The translations under genes and the position numbers were made by a program. Under the pieces are notes generated by a model. It was not told where the DNA came from. It ran no database searches and saw nothing but the letters and a program-made list of their open reading frames with translations. From an uncultured virus (IMG/VR IMGVR_UViG_3300032093_000029) (taxonomy: Duplodnaviria > Heunggongvirae > Uroviricota > Caudoviricetes), in the IMG/VR virus record IMGVR_UViG_3300032093_000029: a DNA stretch of 64,000 nucleotides. One strand, written 5' to 3'. Below are positions 6,223 through 14,900 of the stretch, piece by piece (the first letter of the stretch is position 1; each line of letters starts with the position of its first letter).

Positions 6223-6262
6223 TATTCAGTTGTCGATGTTCGGTGTGGTCTCTCTCGACCAC
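6223..6262 (-). promoter_or_regulatory. rrn-like boxB hairpin plus boxA
   Basis: GTGGTC-GAGAGA-GACCAC hairpin followed by GAACATCGACAACTGAATA at the head of the tRNA operon. Confidence 0.55.
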
Positions 6263-6302
6263 TTGATTAGAATACCACCGTTTGGTCTCTGGGGAGGGAC
6301 TG

Positions 6303-6325
6303 GTGGACACTTAGGAAACCGTCAC
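6303..6325 (-). promoter_or_regulatory. cyanophage early-promoter palindrome
   Basis: GTGACGGTTTCCTAAGTGTCCAC with TATTCT 28 nt downstream; related copies at 52960 and 59577. Confidence 0.6.
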
Positions 6326-6332
6326 AGGCAAC

Positions 6333-6375
6333 AAAAAAGGGGGAGGAAACTTTTTGGTTTCTCTCCCCTTCTTTT
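6333..6375. terminator. bidirectional intrinsic terminator
   Basis: AAAAAAGGGGGAGGAAAC...GTTTCTCTCCCCTTCTTTT hairpin with T tracts on both sides. Confidence 0.7.
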
Positions 6376-6393
6376 GCTTTTATGGATTACATC

Positions 6394-6495
6394 TTACATA
6401 TGTCTTTCCATATCCGCAAACAGGGGAGCACCCTCAATATGCCATGCGCGGCAATCGAGATTAATAAACTGTTTGGTGGGCATTGGATAAGACAT
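6394..6495 (-). CDS. small protein (33 aa)
   Basis: MSYPMPTKQFINLDCRAWHIEGAPLFADMERHM between late promoter TATAAATA (about 6516-6523) and a terminator. Confidence 0.5.
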   Translation of the reverse strand: MSYPMPTKQFINLDCRAWHIEGAPLFADMERHM

Positions 6496-6547
6496 TGTTT
6501 CGACCTAAGTAGTTTTATTTATAAGACTTTTTTCTTAAAAAGTCAAA

Positions 6548-6621
6548 CGTCTCAGGAGGGACTCGAACCCCCGACCAACTGCTTAGAAGGCAGATGCTCT
6601 ATCCAACTGAGCTACTGAGAC
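6548..6621 (-). tRNA. tRNA-Arg(TCT)
   Basis: CT TCT AA loop, GTCTCAG/CTGAGAC acceptor. Confidence 0.95.
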
Positions 6622-6638
6622 ATGTTTAGTATGTAGTT

Positions 6639-6667
6639 ATTATAGTGGGGGAGAAGTTTTTTGTCAA
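6639..6667 (-). promoter_or_regulatory. consensus sigma70 promoter
   Basis: TTGACA-17 bp-TATAAT. Confidence 0.85.
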
Positions 6668-6691
6668 CCCCTCCCTACCTATTCTATTGTA

Positions 6692-7357
6692 TCAAACTTC
6701 TACCGTGATCAGTCGGTTGGCATAATCATGTGCATATGATGTACGAGCACCATGATGCCCCCAACCAATCCAACTATACGCATAGTCCATGTAACGATTG
6801 ATAGACTTACCGGGAGTTTTCATCCTGTCCTCAATACGTTGCCATTGAACCTCAGTCGTTAGATAACGAAGTTGCGTATGAAGTGATGATGGCGAACCAC
6901 CATACCTCTTAGCAAAATCACCCAATCCATAATATCTATTGGCAGATGTCCATTGGATCAGTCCATAACCGCGGCCGCAGTTATGCCAACTGGTCCTACT
7001 ACCACCTTCGCAAATGTTAGGAATAAAAGTTGATTCCTGACGAATATTACCCATGATGGTAGCAAGGGCGTTTCTGTCTTTAATACCACGATCTTGGAAA
7101 TACTCCAAGGTAGCATTCTCATATTCATTACACCCTTTACAAATTAGCCTTTTCTCTTTTGGCTTTGGTAGTGCAACCTCGCGGATTGCTGTCTTCTGAT
7201 CATTAACAAGATCAAATTCCTTAATAACGGAAAAGGGGACTTTTTCCTCAACTGGAGGTGGAGGCCCTTGCATCTTGTAATTCTGGAATGGCAGTGTTGC
7301 CGTATTGGTTGTAACCATCGCTACGAGAGGAACGGCTACAGTAAAGAAGTTTAGCAT
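6692..7357 (-). CDS. phage tail-tip-lysozyme (Phage_lysozyme2) domain protein with N-terminal signal/anchor
   Basis: IMGNIRQES...GYGLIQWT...QLRYL motifs; start reset to MLNFF. Confidence 0.8.
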   Translation of the reverse strand: MLNFFTVAVPLVAMVTTNTATLPFQNYKMQGPPPPVEEKVPFSVIKEFDLVNDQKTAIREVALPKPKEKRLICKGCNEYENATLEYFQDRGIKDRNALATIMGNIRQESTFIPNICEGGSRTSWHNCGRGYGLIQWTSANRYYGLGDFAKRYGGSPSSLHTQLRYLTTEVQWQRIEDRMKTPGKSINRYMDYAYSWIGWGHHGARTSYAHDYANRLITVEV

Positions 7358-7517
7358 TAAAATTAATTGAACTCTACATCCGTATAGAAAGGGGGTACAC
7401 CCTTTTCTCAAAGGGCACTTTCCACGGCTCTAATTTTCACTCACTTTCTCATTACAAGAAAACCCACATAAGTGGGCTTTTATCATCATAAGTGATTATT
7501 TAGTTTTTAGCAACTAG

Positions 7518-7664
7518 TCATTGATCAGAAATCAAAATACTTTCTCGAAACTCCTCATAAACCGCACATGCATTGAGATAGTCACCCATATCTGCAAGGT
7601 AATGGATTCGGTCAATGATACTATCTTTTAGATCTTCAACACTATCAATCAGTTGGTTTTCCAT
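7518..7664 (-). CDS. hypothetical protein
   Basis: Short ORF MENQLIDS..., overlaps upstream gene. Confidence 0.5.
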   Translation of the reverse strand: MENQLIDSVEDLKDSIIDRIHYLADMGDYLNACAVYEEFRESILISDQ

Positions 7665-8082
7665 GAAAGTAATCCTTCCTGTAGTAACGACCAAGTACAT
7701 TGCTATTGTAGTATCGGGGTTCTCCCGTGTCAAGGGCCTCTGTCAAGACATTATTTATGAATAACTGTCTGGTTTCTTCGTAGTTACACTGTCCTTTTGT
7801 TTTGTGGAGACTAAGGATTGTTCTAGTAAATCTTTCCTTCCCCCAAAGGTCAACTTCGACTTTGAGCTCAGGACAGGAGCCGTAATAGCGTTTCCAATCG
7901 GACTCTGACTTAACTTTTCTAGATTTTCCTCTCGGTGTGCGGAAGCTCCAGAAATACTTTCTACCAATATAGTCACGATTAGTTGGATTGCAATGTATAA
8001 GATATACAAAACCAAAATTATCTTGAATATGATCAGACTCAAAAATTTCTCCATTGTAGAGCCAAGGATTTTCATAGCTCAT
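7645..8082 (-). CDS. GIY-YIG family endonuclease-like protein
   Basis: GFVYLI...YIGRK...YYGS motifs. Confidence 0.75.
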   Translation of the reverse strand: MSYENPWLYNGEIFESDHIQDNFGFVYLIHCNPTNRDYIGRKYFWSFRTPRGKSRKVKSESDWKRYYGSCPELKVEVDLWGKERFTRTILSLHKTKGQCNYEETRQLFINNVLTEALDTGEPRYYNSNVLGRYYRKDYFHGKPTD

Positions 8083-8147
8083 AAAGCTCTAGAATTCACT
8101 GAGCCTTATTTATCCTTTGAACCCGGACAGAGTTATTTTATTGCAAA

Positions 8148-8903
8148 TCATGGGGCTGTGTCAAGTATCTTTTGTTTATCAATGAAATTGATCAGTTTTT
8201 TAGCCCAAAACTCATGAAAAGATTCTGGATAGTGCATAGCCCATCTTGGATCATTCTGAACATGATTCCAATCAGGATGAAGACTGGCAACACCCCAGAA
8301 AGAATAATGACGATATATTTCGTATGTATCAGATTTTTTATAAATTAATCTTTTGTCTAGATGGTGACCAAAAAAGTTTTTCTTACTTATTAAGTTCCAG
8401 TTTCCTTCATACCAATGCGTGCTTGTATGGAAAACATATGGTATACTGTACTGATCACATATCGTTTGTATTATAAAAATCTGAGATAAAGATTTATAAT
8501 TTAAAAATTCATCCGTGTTTGTCTTTAAATAATTCTCATAAGGTTGAATAAAGTCCGGATCAACTAATAATTCTTTTTTAGTTCCCTCATTTTGCAATAA
8601 AAGAGTGGATGTACAGTGATTCATCTTCCCTGGTAACTTAATATAAGTTCTAGAGGGATCGCAGAAATTACAAAGAACAAATACCTTTTGATTTTTTATT
8701 AAAGCATGTTGAATTCTGATCATAAATTGTCTAATCATCCAATCATTACTACCACCACTAGCAGCAAAGTTTTCACAATCAAAACCATAATGCCTAGCAA
8801 TATGTGCAGGATAAGCCTTATCGTGGCATGATCCTGAATATTGTCTGTCTATTTCTGCACCAGCAGTATGACTATCCCCAAAAGCTAGTAGTATTCTTTT
8901 CAT
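8148..8903 (-). CDS. SGNH/GDSL hydrolase-family protein
   Basis: AFGDSHTAG, NFAASGGSN, C-terminal HYP...H. Confidence 0.75.
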   Translation of the reverse strand: MKRILLAFGDSHTAGAEIDRQYSGSCHDKAYPAHIARHYGFDCENFAASGGSNDWMIRQFMIRIQHALIKNQKVFVLCNFCDPSRTYIKLPGKMNHCTSTLLLQNEGTKKELLVDPDFIQPYENYLKTNTDEFLNYKSLSQIFIIQTICDQYSIPYVFHTSTHWYEGNWNLISKKNFFGHHLDKRLIYKKSDTYEIYRHYSFWGVASLHPDWNHVQNDPRWAMHYPESFHEFWAKKLINFIDKQKILDTAP

Positions 8904-10369
8904 GTCCAGATTTTTATTTTATGTAATTGTTCCCACTGATTAACTTGAAATTGATCGTTAATAATAGGTTCTCCTTTTATATTTAAACTAGTATTCAATA
9001 ACATAGGACATCCAGTTTTTTCATACCATAGTTCTAAAAGTTTTCTGAATTCTGGGTTATCCTTTTTTGATAATGTCTGAACCCTACTCGTATTATCTAT
9101 ATGAACTATCGCTGGATATAAATCTGGCCTTCTACACTTCACTGTAAACTGCATGTATGGAGTCTTACTTGTAGGCATTTCAAAGTATTCATTAGCCATC
9201 TCTTCCAGAATTACGGGAGCAAATGGTCTGAATAGTTCTCTTTTTTTAACTGAATTAACTAGATCTTTAATATGATCTCCTCTTGGGTCTGCAATTAGAC
9301 TTCTATTACCTAAAGATCTAGGACCAAATTCTGCACGTCCTCTAGCAATACCACATATTTTGTTTTCTATAAGATAATCGACAATTTCATCATTGGATGA
9401 TTGATAACCAAGATCAAATCCCAGGTAAGGTCCAGGCCATTCAATGTGTCTTTGAGTATGAGATAGTACAGATCCGATTGAACTACCATCATCTCCAGGT
9501 GCAGGCATAATCCAAACATCATCAAAATACTTATAACAAATCGAATTTGCGACACAGTTCAATGCACACCCACCCATTAACACTAAGTTTTTACTCTTAG
9601 TTAGTGATAATGACTTCACTAAAACTCTTTCAAATAAAAATTCATATACTTTTTGAGTTGCTGCGGCAATATCAAAAAGATCTTTTTGAGAACAAAGATC
9701 TGATCTCCAAGATTTGCATCCTCGATGGAGATTGTATTTAATTTTGAATGGATGTTTCTCTGATAGTTCAATGAAGTCGTTGAGTATCTCTGAGAAGAGT
9801 CTAGATGGATCTCCAAAGGCGGACATTCCCATAAGAATGTATTCCTCTTCATTTGGTTTCAAACCACACCTCTGAGTCATTGCAGAGTACCATAAACCCA
9901 AACTGGATGGATATGAGTGGGAATATATTTTAGTAAGTTTATCTTGTTCGCCTTTCCATATTGTAAAAGTTTCAAACTCACCTATTGCATCTAAAACTAT
10001 TATGACGGCGTTATCAAAAGAACTCGTATAGTATCCAGAAGATGCGTGACTACGATGATGACTTGTATATTTTATTGGAACTCTCAGTGAAGTCTTATCG
10101 AAAATATACTTGGATATATTATTTTCATTTACAGTAAATCCTTGTCCAGAAAATAACTGTCTAAGTGTTTTTAGTTTTGGATTCTCATACCAGTAAATTT
10201 CATCAGGATTTCCGAAAGAAAACGCATGGTCAATCAAATCCTCATTGATATGAGAATCGTTTTTAATCTTACTAAATCTTTCACTAGAACTTGCAAAGAT
10301 CAAACTGTCATCATCAAAAATACTTAAGGCAGCATTATGACTGTTTGATGATATCCCCCACTTAATCAC
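8900..10369 (-). CDS. carbamoyltransferase (NodU/CmcH family)
   Basis: ERFSKIKND, HHRSHA, DAIGE, GGCALNCVAN, EFGPRSLGNRS, KKRELFRPFAP, LNTSLN. Confidence 0.95.
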   Translation of the reverse strand: MIKWGISSNSHNAALSIFDDDSLIFASSSERFSKIKNDSHINEDLIDHAFSFGNPDEIYWYENPKLKTLRQLFSGQGFTVNENNISKYIFDKTSLRVPIKYTSHHRSHASSGYYTSSFDNAVIIVLDAIGEFETFTIWKGEQDKLTKIYSHSYPSSLGLWYSAMTQRCGLKPNEEEYILMGMSAFGDPSRLFSEILNDFIELSEKHPFKIKYNLHRGCKSWRSDLCSQKDLFDIAAATQKVYEFLFERVLVKSLSLTKSKNLVLMGGCALNCVANSICYKYFDDVWIMPAPGDDGSSIGSVLSHTQRHIEWPGPYLGFDLGYQSSNDEIVDYLIENKICGIARGRAEFGPRSLGNRSLIADPRGDHIKDLVNSVKKRELFRPFAPVILEEMANEYFEMPTSKTPYMQFTVKCRRPDLYPAIVHIDNTSRVQTLSKKDNPEFRKLLELWYEKTGCPMLLNTSLNIKGEPIINDQFQVNQWEQLHKIKIWT

Positions 10370-10470
10370 TTGTAAATAAACGGATCACGTTTTTGTAAAG
10401 CCTTTAATCTTTTTTTAAAGTCTCTTTCTTTTTTCCAATTGGAAACGAAATTCCAAAGTTTTTTAATCAT
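10366..10470 (-). CDS. small basic peptide ending KRDPFIYK (34 aa)
   Basis: Manual translation MIKKLWNFVSNWKKERDFKKRLKALQKRDPFIYK; coupled to the carbamoyltransferase start; late promoter CTAAATA at 10497-10503. Confidence 0.7.
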   Translation of the reverse strand: MIKKLWNFVSNWKKERDFKKRLKALQKRDPFIYK

Positions 10471-10507
10471 TAGAAGATCTTTATATCACTAAAATTTATT
10501 TAGATAC

Positions 10508-10535
10508 AAAAAAAGAGCCCGTTTGACGGACTCTT
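10508..10535 (-). terminator. intrinsic terminator
   Basis: AAGAGTCCGTCAAACGGGCTCTTTTTTT. Confidence 0.7.
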
Positions 10536-10560
10536 GAATTATTTTAAATTATATATTTAC

Positions 10561-11382
10561 TTAAGATGCTTCATCCAATTCAATTCCATAAGACTCTAGA
10601 ATTGAGTTTTTCCACTCTTCACTCATGTTGACCATAATAACCATTGCACCCTCTTCTGAGTCCGCATAACCTTCATCTAGAAGGTGTCCTTTGACTAGAT
10701 CGAAGATATCTACTCCCGCAGAGATATTCTTTAATGAGGCCATTTGAGCCATTTTTTTAATATTACCTTTAACCTGATCTGGTGCATATCCGGTTTGATA
10801 TCCAAAAGTTTTTTGCATCAGTGGATTAAAAGTTTTCTTTGGAGCTTCTGCGGGTTTTGGTGCAGGAGCCGCAGCGGGTTTTGGTGCAGCGGGTTTTGGT
10901 GCAGCGGGTTTTGGTGCGGGAGCGGCAGCAGGTTTTGTTGCAGCGGGTTTTGGTGCGGGAGCGGCAGCAGGTTTTGGTGCAGGAGCCGCAGCAGGTTTTG
11001 CAGACGGTGTGGGAGTTTCTTGTCCAGGTCTTTTAAAAATAGGAGACATTCCAGGATTAACTGGTTTATTATTGACTCTAAACCCACCTTGACCAATTGA
11101 AAGACCTTTCATCTGTGGTTGTGGTTTTGCGGTAGAAGATGTAGTGGGTTTTGAAGCACTAGGAGATCCACCACTTCCAAACCTCTGTTGTCTTAGAGCA
11201 TCAATTCTAGCAGCAGATTTTCTTTCTTGAGCAGCCTGTGCTCTGACCCTGTTTACTGCGGCTTGTCCACCAAAATTTACACCAATCTCGTGCAAATCTT
11301 CTGTTTGTTCATTGAGAACTTCGGGAGTCTCATGAATTTTTGAATAGGCCTCCATGAGACCCCTGATTTCTTCTGCTCTCAT
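10561..11382 (-). CDS. putative internal virion protein with Pro/Ala/Lys repeats
   Basis: LMEAY N-terminus, (PAAAPAPK)n linker, C-terminal HLLDEGYA...NMSEEW domain. Confidence 0.7.
   Translation of the reverse strand: MRAEEIRGLMEAYSKIHETPEVLNEQTEDLHEIGVNFGGQAAVNRVRAQAAQERKSAARIDALRQQRFGSGGSPSASKPTTSSTAKPQPQMKGLSIGQGGFRVNNKPVNPGMSPIFKRPGQETPTPSAKPAAAPAPKPAAAPAPKPAATKPAAAPAPKPAAPKPAAPKPAAAPAPKPAEAPKKTFNPLMQKTFGYQTGYAPDQVKGNIKKMAQMASLKNISAGVDIFDLVKGHLLDEGYADSEEGAMVIMVNMSEEWKNSILESYGIELDEAS
10848..11002 (-). repeat. coding tandem repeat (KPAAAPAP/KPAAP)
   Basis: Repeated gcgggttttggtgca units. Confidence 0.9.
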
Positions 11383-11415
11383 CTTTCTAGAATAAAAGTA
11401 CTTTTATAATGTTAT

Positions 11416-11853
11416 TTATTTATCTTCAGACCTTAGAGGACAATCAATCTCATCAAAAACTGGAGAACACATTCTCATAGGCGGTGCAAGTTTTTTACAG
11501 TCTTCGGTGTAACATAAAGTCTCATCATTTTTTTCTTCAATGTATCGTGGTTGATATTTTTTATCCGACTCATCAATAATACGATCATATTCTTTTGTTA
11601 CATCTCGTATAGCTTTATCAACATCTCTACCAACTCTGCGATTTACTTTGTCTGGATCTTGTAGTATAATCTCATTAAGAATACCTTGTGGCATATACTT
11701 TCTTTGAATCTCATCCAATAAATCCCAAAGTCCATTTTCAGATACTCCAGTACATTGAGATAATGTTGCGATTATTGTTGATACAACAACTCCTACAATT
11801 ATAAGTTGTTTTTTATCTGGTTTCTTCTTACCGAAATGAAAATTGAATTGCAT
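11416..11853 (-). CDS. hypothetical membrane-anchored protein
   Basis: TM segment followed by Cys; CYTEDC...MRMC motif. Confidence 0.7.
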   Translation of the reverse strand: MQFNFHFGKKKPDKKQLIIVGVVVSTIIATLSQCTGVSENGLWDLLDEIQRKYMPQGILNEIILQDPDKVNRRVGRDVDKAIRDVTKEYDRIIDESDKKYQPRYIEEKNDETLCYTEDCKKLAPPMRMCSPVFDEIDCPLRSEDK

Positions 11854-11925
11854 ATCTATTATCAATTCTACTACTAGTTATAAGCATCAATAAATATAAA
11901 AATAGGGAAATACTGAGGAAAATCA

Positions 11926-14900
11926 ATGGCTAAACTCGGGATCAACACTGGTAGCAACCCTAATGATGGTCAGGGAGATCCATTGAGAGTTGCAATGGGT
12001 AAAATTAATAGTAATTTTACCGAAATTTACAGTGTAATTGGGGATGGAAATAATCTAATAAGTTATGCAAGTACTGCAGGAATTTCAACACTTGCAAAAA
12101 ATCTAACAGGTTCTCCAAGAATTAACGTCAGTGGAGTACTCAATACAGGAATTACAACCACAGAACATTTAGAAGTAAGAAATATAACATCTACCGGAAT
12201 TATTACCGCAGTTCAATTTATTGGTGATGGAAGTCAATTAGAAAATGTAGTTGCAACAAGCGCTGGTGTAGAAGTCTTAGATGATAGTGTACGAAGAGGC
12301 GTAGCACAAGAATTAAACTTTGGTGAAAATATTGTATGTAGTGGTCCAGATGGTGCTGGAAGGGTTACGATTTCAGTTGGAAATAATGTAATTGTTGGAT
12401 ATGCAGCTACATATGCACAAATTTCTGGAGTTTCTACTTATGCCGTAACATCTGGAGTATCAACTTATTCTGGTTTATCTGGTGTTTCAACTTATGCAGG
12501 TGTAGCTGGAGTAGCAACTTATGCAACTAATGCGGGAGTATCTAGTCTTGCAACTTTTGCTGCTAATGCAGGTGGAGCCACATATGCAGCTCTGGCAGGT
12601 GTCTCAACTTATGCGGGAGTTGCGGGTGTTGCAACTTACTCTGAAGTATCAGGAGTTTCTACTTACTCTGTTTTAACTGGCGTTTCAACTTATTCTGGTG
12701 TAGCTGGTGTTGCTACCTATGCAACTAATGCTGGTGTTTCTAGTTATGCAGTTTTAGCTGGAGTTTCTAGTTATGCAGTAGTATCCGGAGTTGCTACCTA
12801 TGCGACAAATGCTGGAGTTTCTAGTTATGCAGTTTTAGCTGGAGTTTCTAGTTATGCAATTAACTCAGGAGTTTCTACTTACGCTGGAGTAGCTGGAGTA
12901 TCCACAGCGTTACAAAACTCAAGAACATTCCAAATAACTGGAGATGTTGTCGCTTCTTCAGTTAGTTTTGATGGAACTGGTAATGTATCTCTAGCAGCGA
13001 CAATTCAACCAAACTCCGTTGGTCTTGGAACCGATACTACTGGAGATTATGTAAGAGACCTGACTGGAACTGCAAATCAAATTACAGTTACTAGTGGAAC
13101 TGGTGAAGGTTCTTCTCCTATAGTTTCCATTGCAAACAATCCCACTATTCCTGGAAACGTAACTATTGGTAATGACTTACAAGTTAACAATAACCTGAAC
13201 GTAACCGGAAATATTACTATTGGAGGCACATCTGCATATGTGATATCCGATGAATTTAGGGTTAAAGACGCAGATATTGTTCTTGGATTTACCACAAATA
13301 TTTCAGGTCAAGACGCTTCTACTGATAATACTGCAAATCATGGTGGCATAGCAGTTGCATCAACAGAAGGAACTCCCCTTGTCAGTCTTTTCATCGCTGG
13401 TATTGAAACCAATCCTCCCACATACAAAAAAATTATGTGGTTTAAGTCTGGAAGTTTTGCTGGACTTAATACGGATGCATGGTTGAGTAACTATGCAGTT
13501 GGTATCGGTAGTACCCAATTCCCTGTTGGAACAAGATTAGCTGCAGGTTCTGTTCAGTTTAATGATAGAGACCTTACTGTTGTTAGAGGAGTAAATGCTT
13601 CTGGTATTGTAACAGGTTCTTCTTTTAGACCTTCTAGTGGATATATTCAAGCATCAGATGGAACAAACTCGTTCTTTATTTACAACTCAACAGGAAACGT
13701 AGCTTTCCAAGGAACTATTGGTGCAAGTCAAATTAATAATGCATCGGGATTTAAAGTAATTGGATTTGCAGGGACTGATATAACGTTTGAAAATAATGCA
13801 AGAATATCTGGAGTTACTACTTCTGTTGGTGGTTTTGTAGGAAATCTTACAGGTACTGCAACAACTGCAACTAACTCTGGATATGCAAGTTTAGCCGGAG
13901 TTGCAACTTATGCAGGAGTGTCTGGAGTTGCAACTTATGCAGGAGTGTCTGGAGTTGCAACTTATGCAGGAACATCTGGAGTTTCTACTTACTCAAACTT
14001 AGCTGGAGTTGCAACTTATGCAGGAGTGTCTGGAGTTGCAACTTATGCAGGAACATCTGGTGTTTCCACAACATCTGGATATGCAACAACTGCAGGAATC
14101 TCCACACTATCACAAGGACTTACTGGAACTCCAAATATATCAGTAAATCAAGTAGGAATTTCTTCAAATCTTTCTGTTTCAGGTATTACAACTTTCTACA
14201 ATGATGTTCATATTGAAAGTAATAGATCACTATTAATTGGATCTGGTAATGAACTTCAACTATTCAATAGTGGCCTAGATAGTTACATTGAAAATACAAG
14301 TGCGGGCAATCTCATCATTAGAGATGGTGGAACAGGAATACAACTTAGAAAGAGTGGTGGTGGACCTGGTGCTGGATTAATGGCAGTATTTAATACTGAT
14401 GCTGGTGTTGAATTATATTATAATAGTGTAATTAAATTGCAAACATTCCAAAATGGAGTTGCTATTAATGAGTCCGTAGGTATTGGAAGTACTGCATCCA
14501 ATCCACCATATAGACTTACAGTAAGTGGAGTTGGTGCAACAATAACTCAAGGTCTCGCCAATGCTATTGCAGATCTTACATCAAGTGTAAATGGATATGG
14601 GCAAGTTAATATCAGAAACTCACTTTCTGGTACAAATGCTTCTGGTGATCTAGTTATTACTGCAGATTCTGGAACCGATACTTCAAATTATGTTAATCTT
14701 GGCATTAATAATACTGGATTCACTACATCATCTTGGACCATTAGTGGACCTCTTGATGGATACTTGTATACATCCGATGGCAACTTAGCTATTGGTGCAG
14801 GGGCCTCAGCAAAGTATATTTCTCTATTTGCTGGAGGAACTCTTGCAGTAAATGAAGTAGTAAGAGTGAGTGATCTTGGAGTAGGTATATACACGACAGT

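Noticed and set aside
3457..6618. Short ORFs overlapping tRNAs (3457, 3939, 4721, 5090, 5211, 6230, 6382)
   Set aside because: Chance frames across tRNA genes and regulatory DNA
8900..10369. Saxitoxin biosynthesis
   Set aside because: Only a generic carbamoyltransferase module; no sxtA/sxtG-like core genes
10744..11100. Alternative-frame repetitive ORFs
   Set aside because: Shadows of the PAAAPK coding repeat
12400..14110. Possible CRISPR array or DGR template/variable repeats
   Set aside because: In-frame coding repeats; no spacers, no adenine-specific variation, no reverse transcriptase in the window
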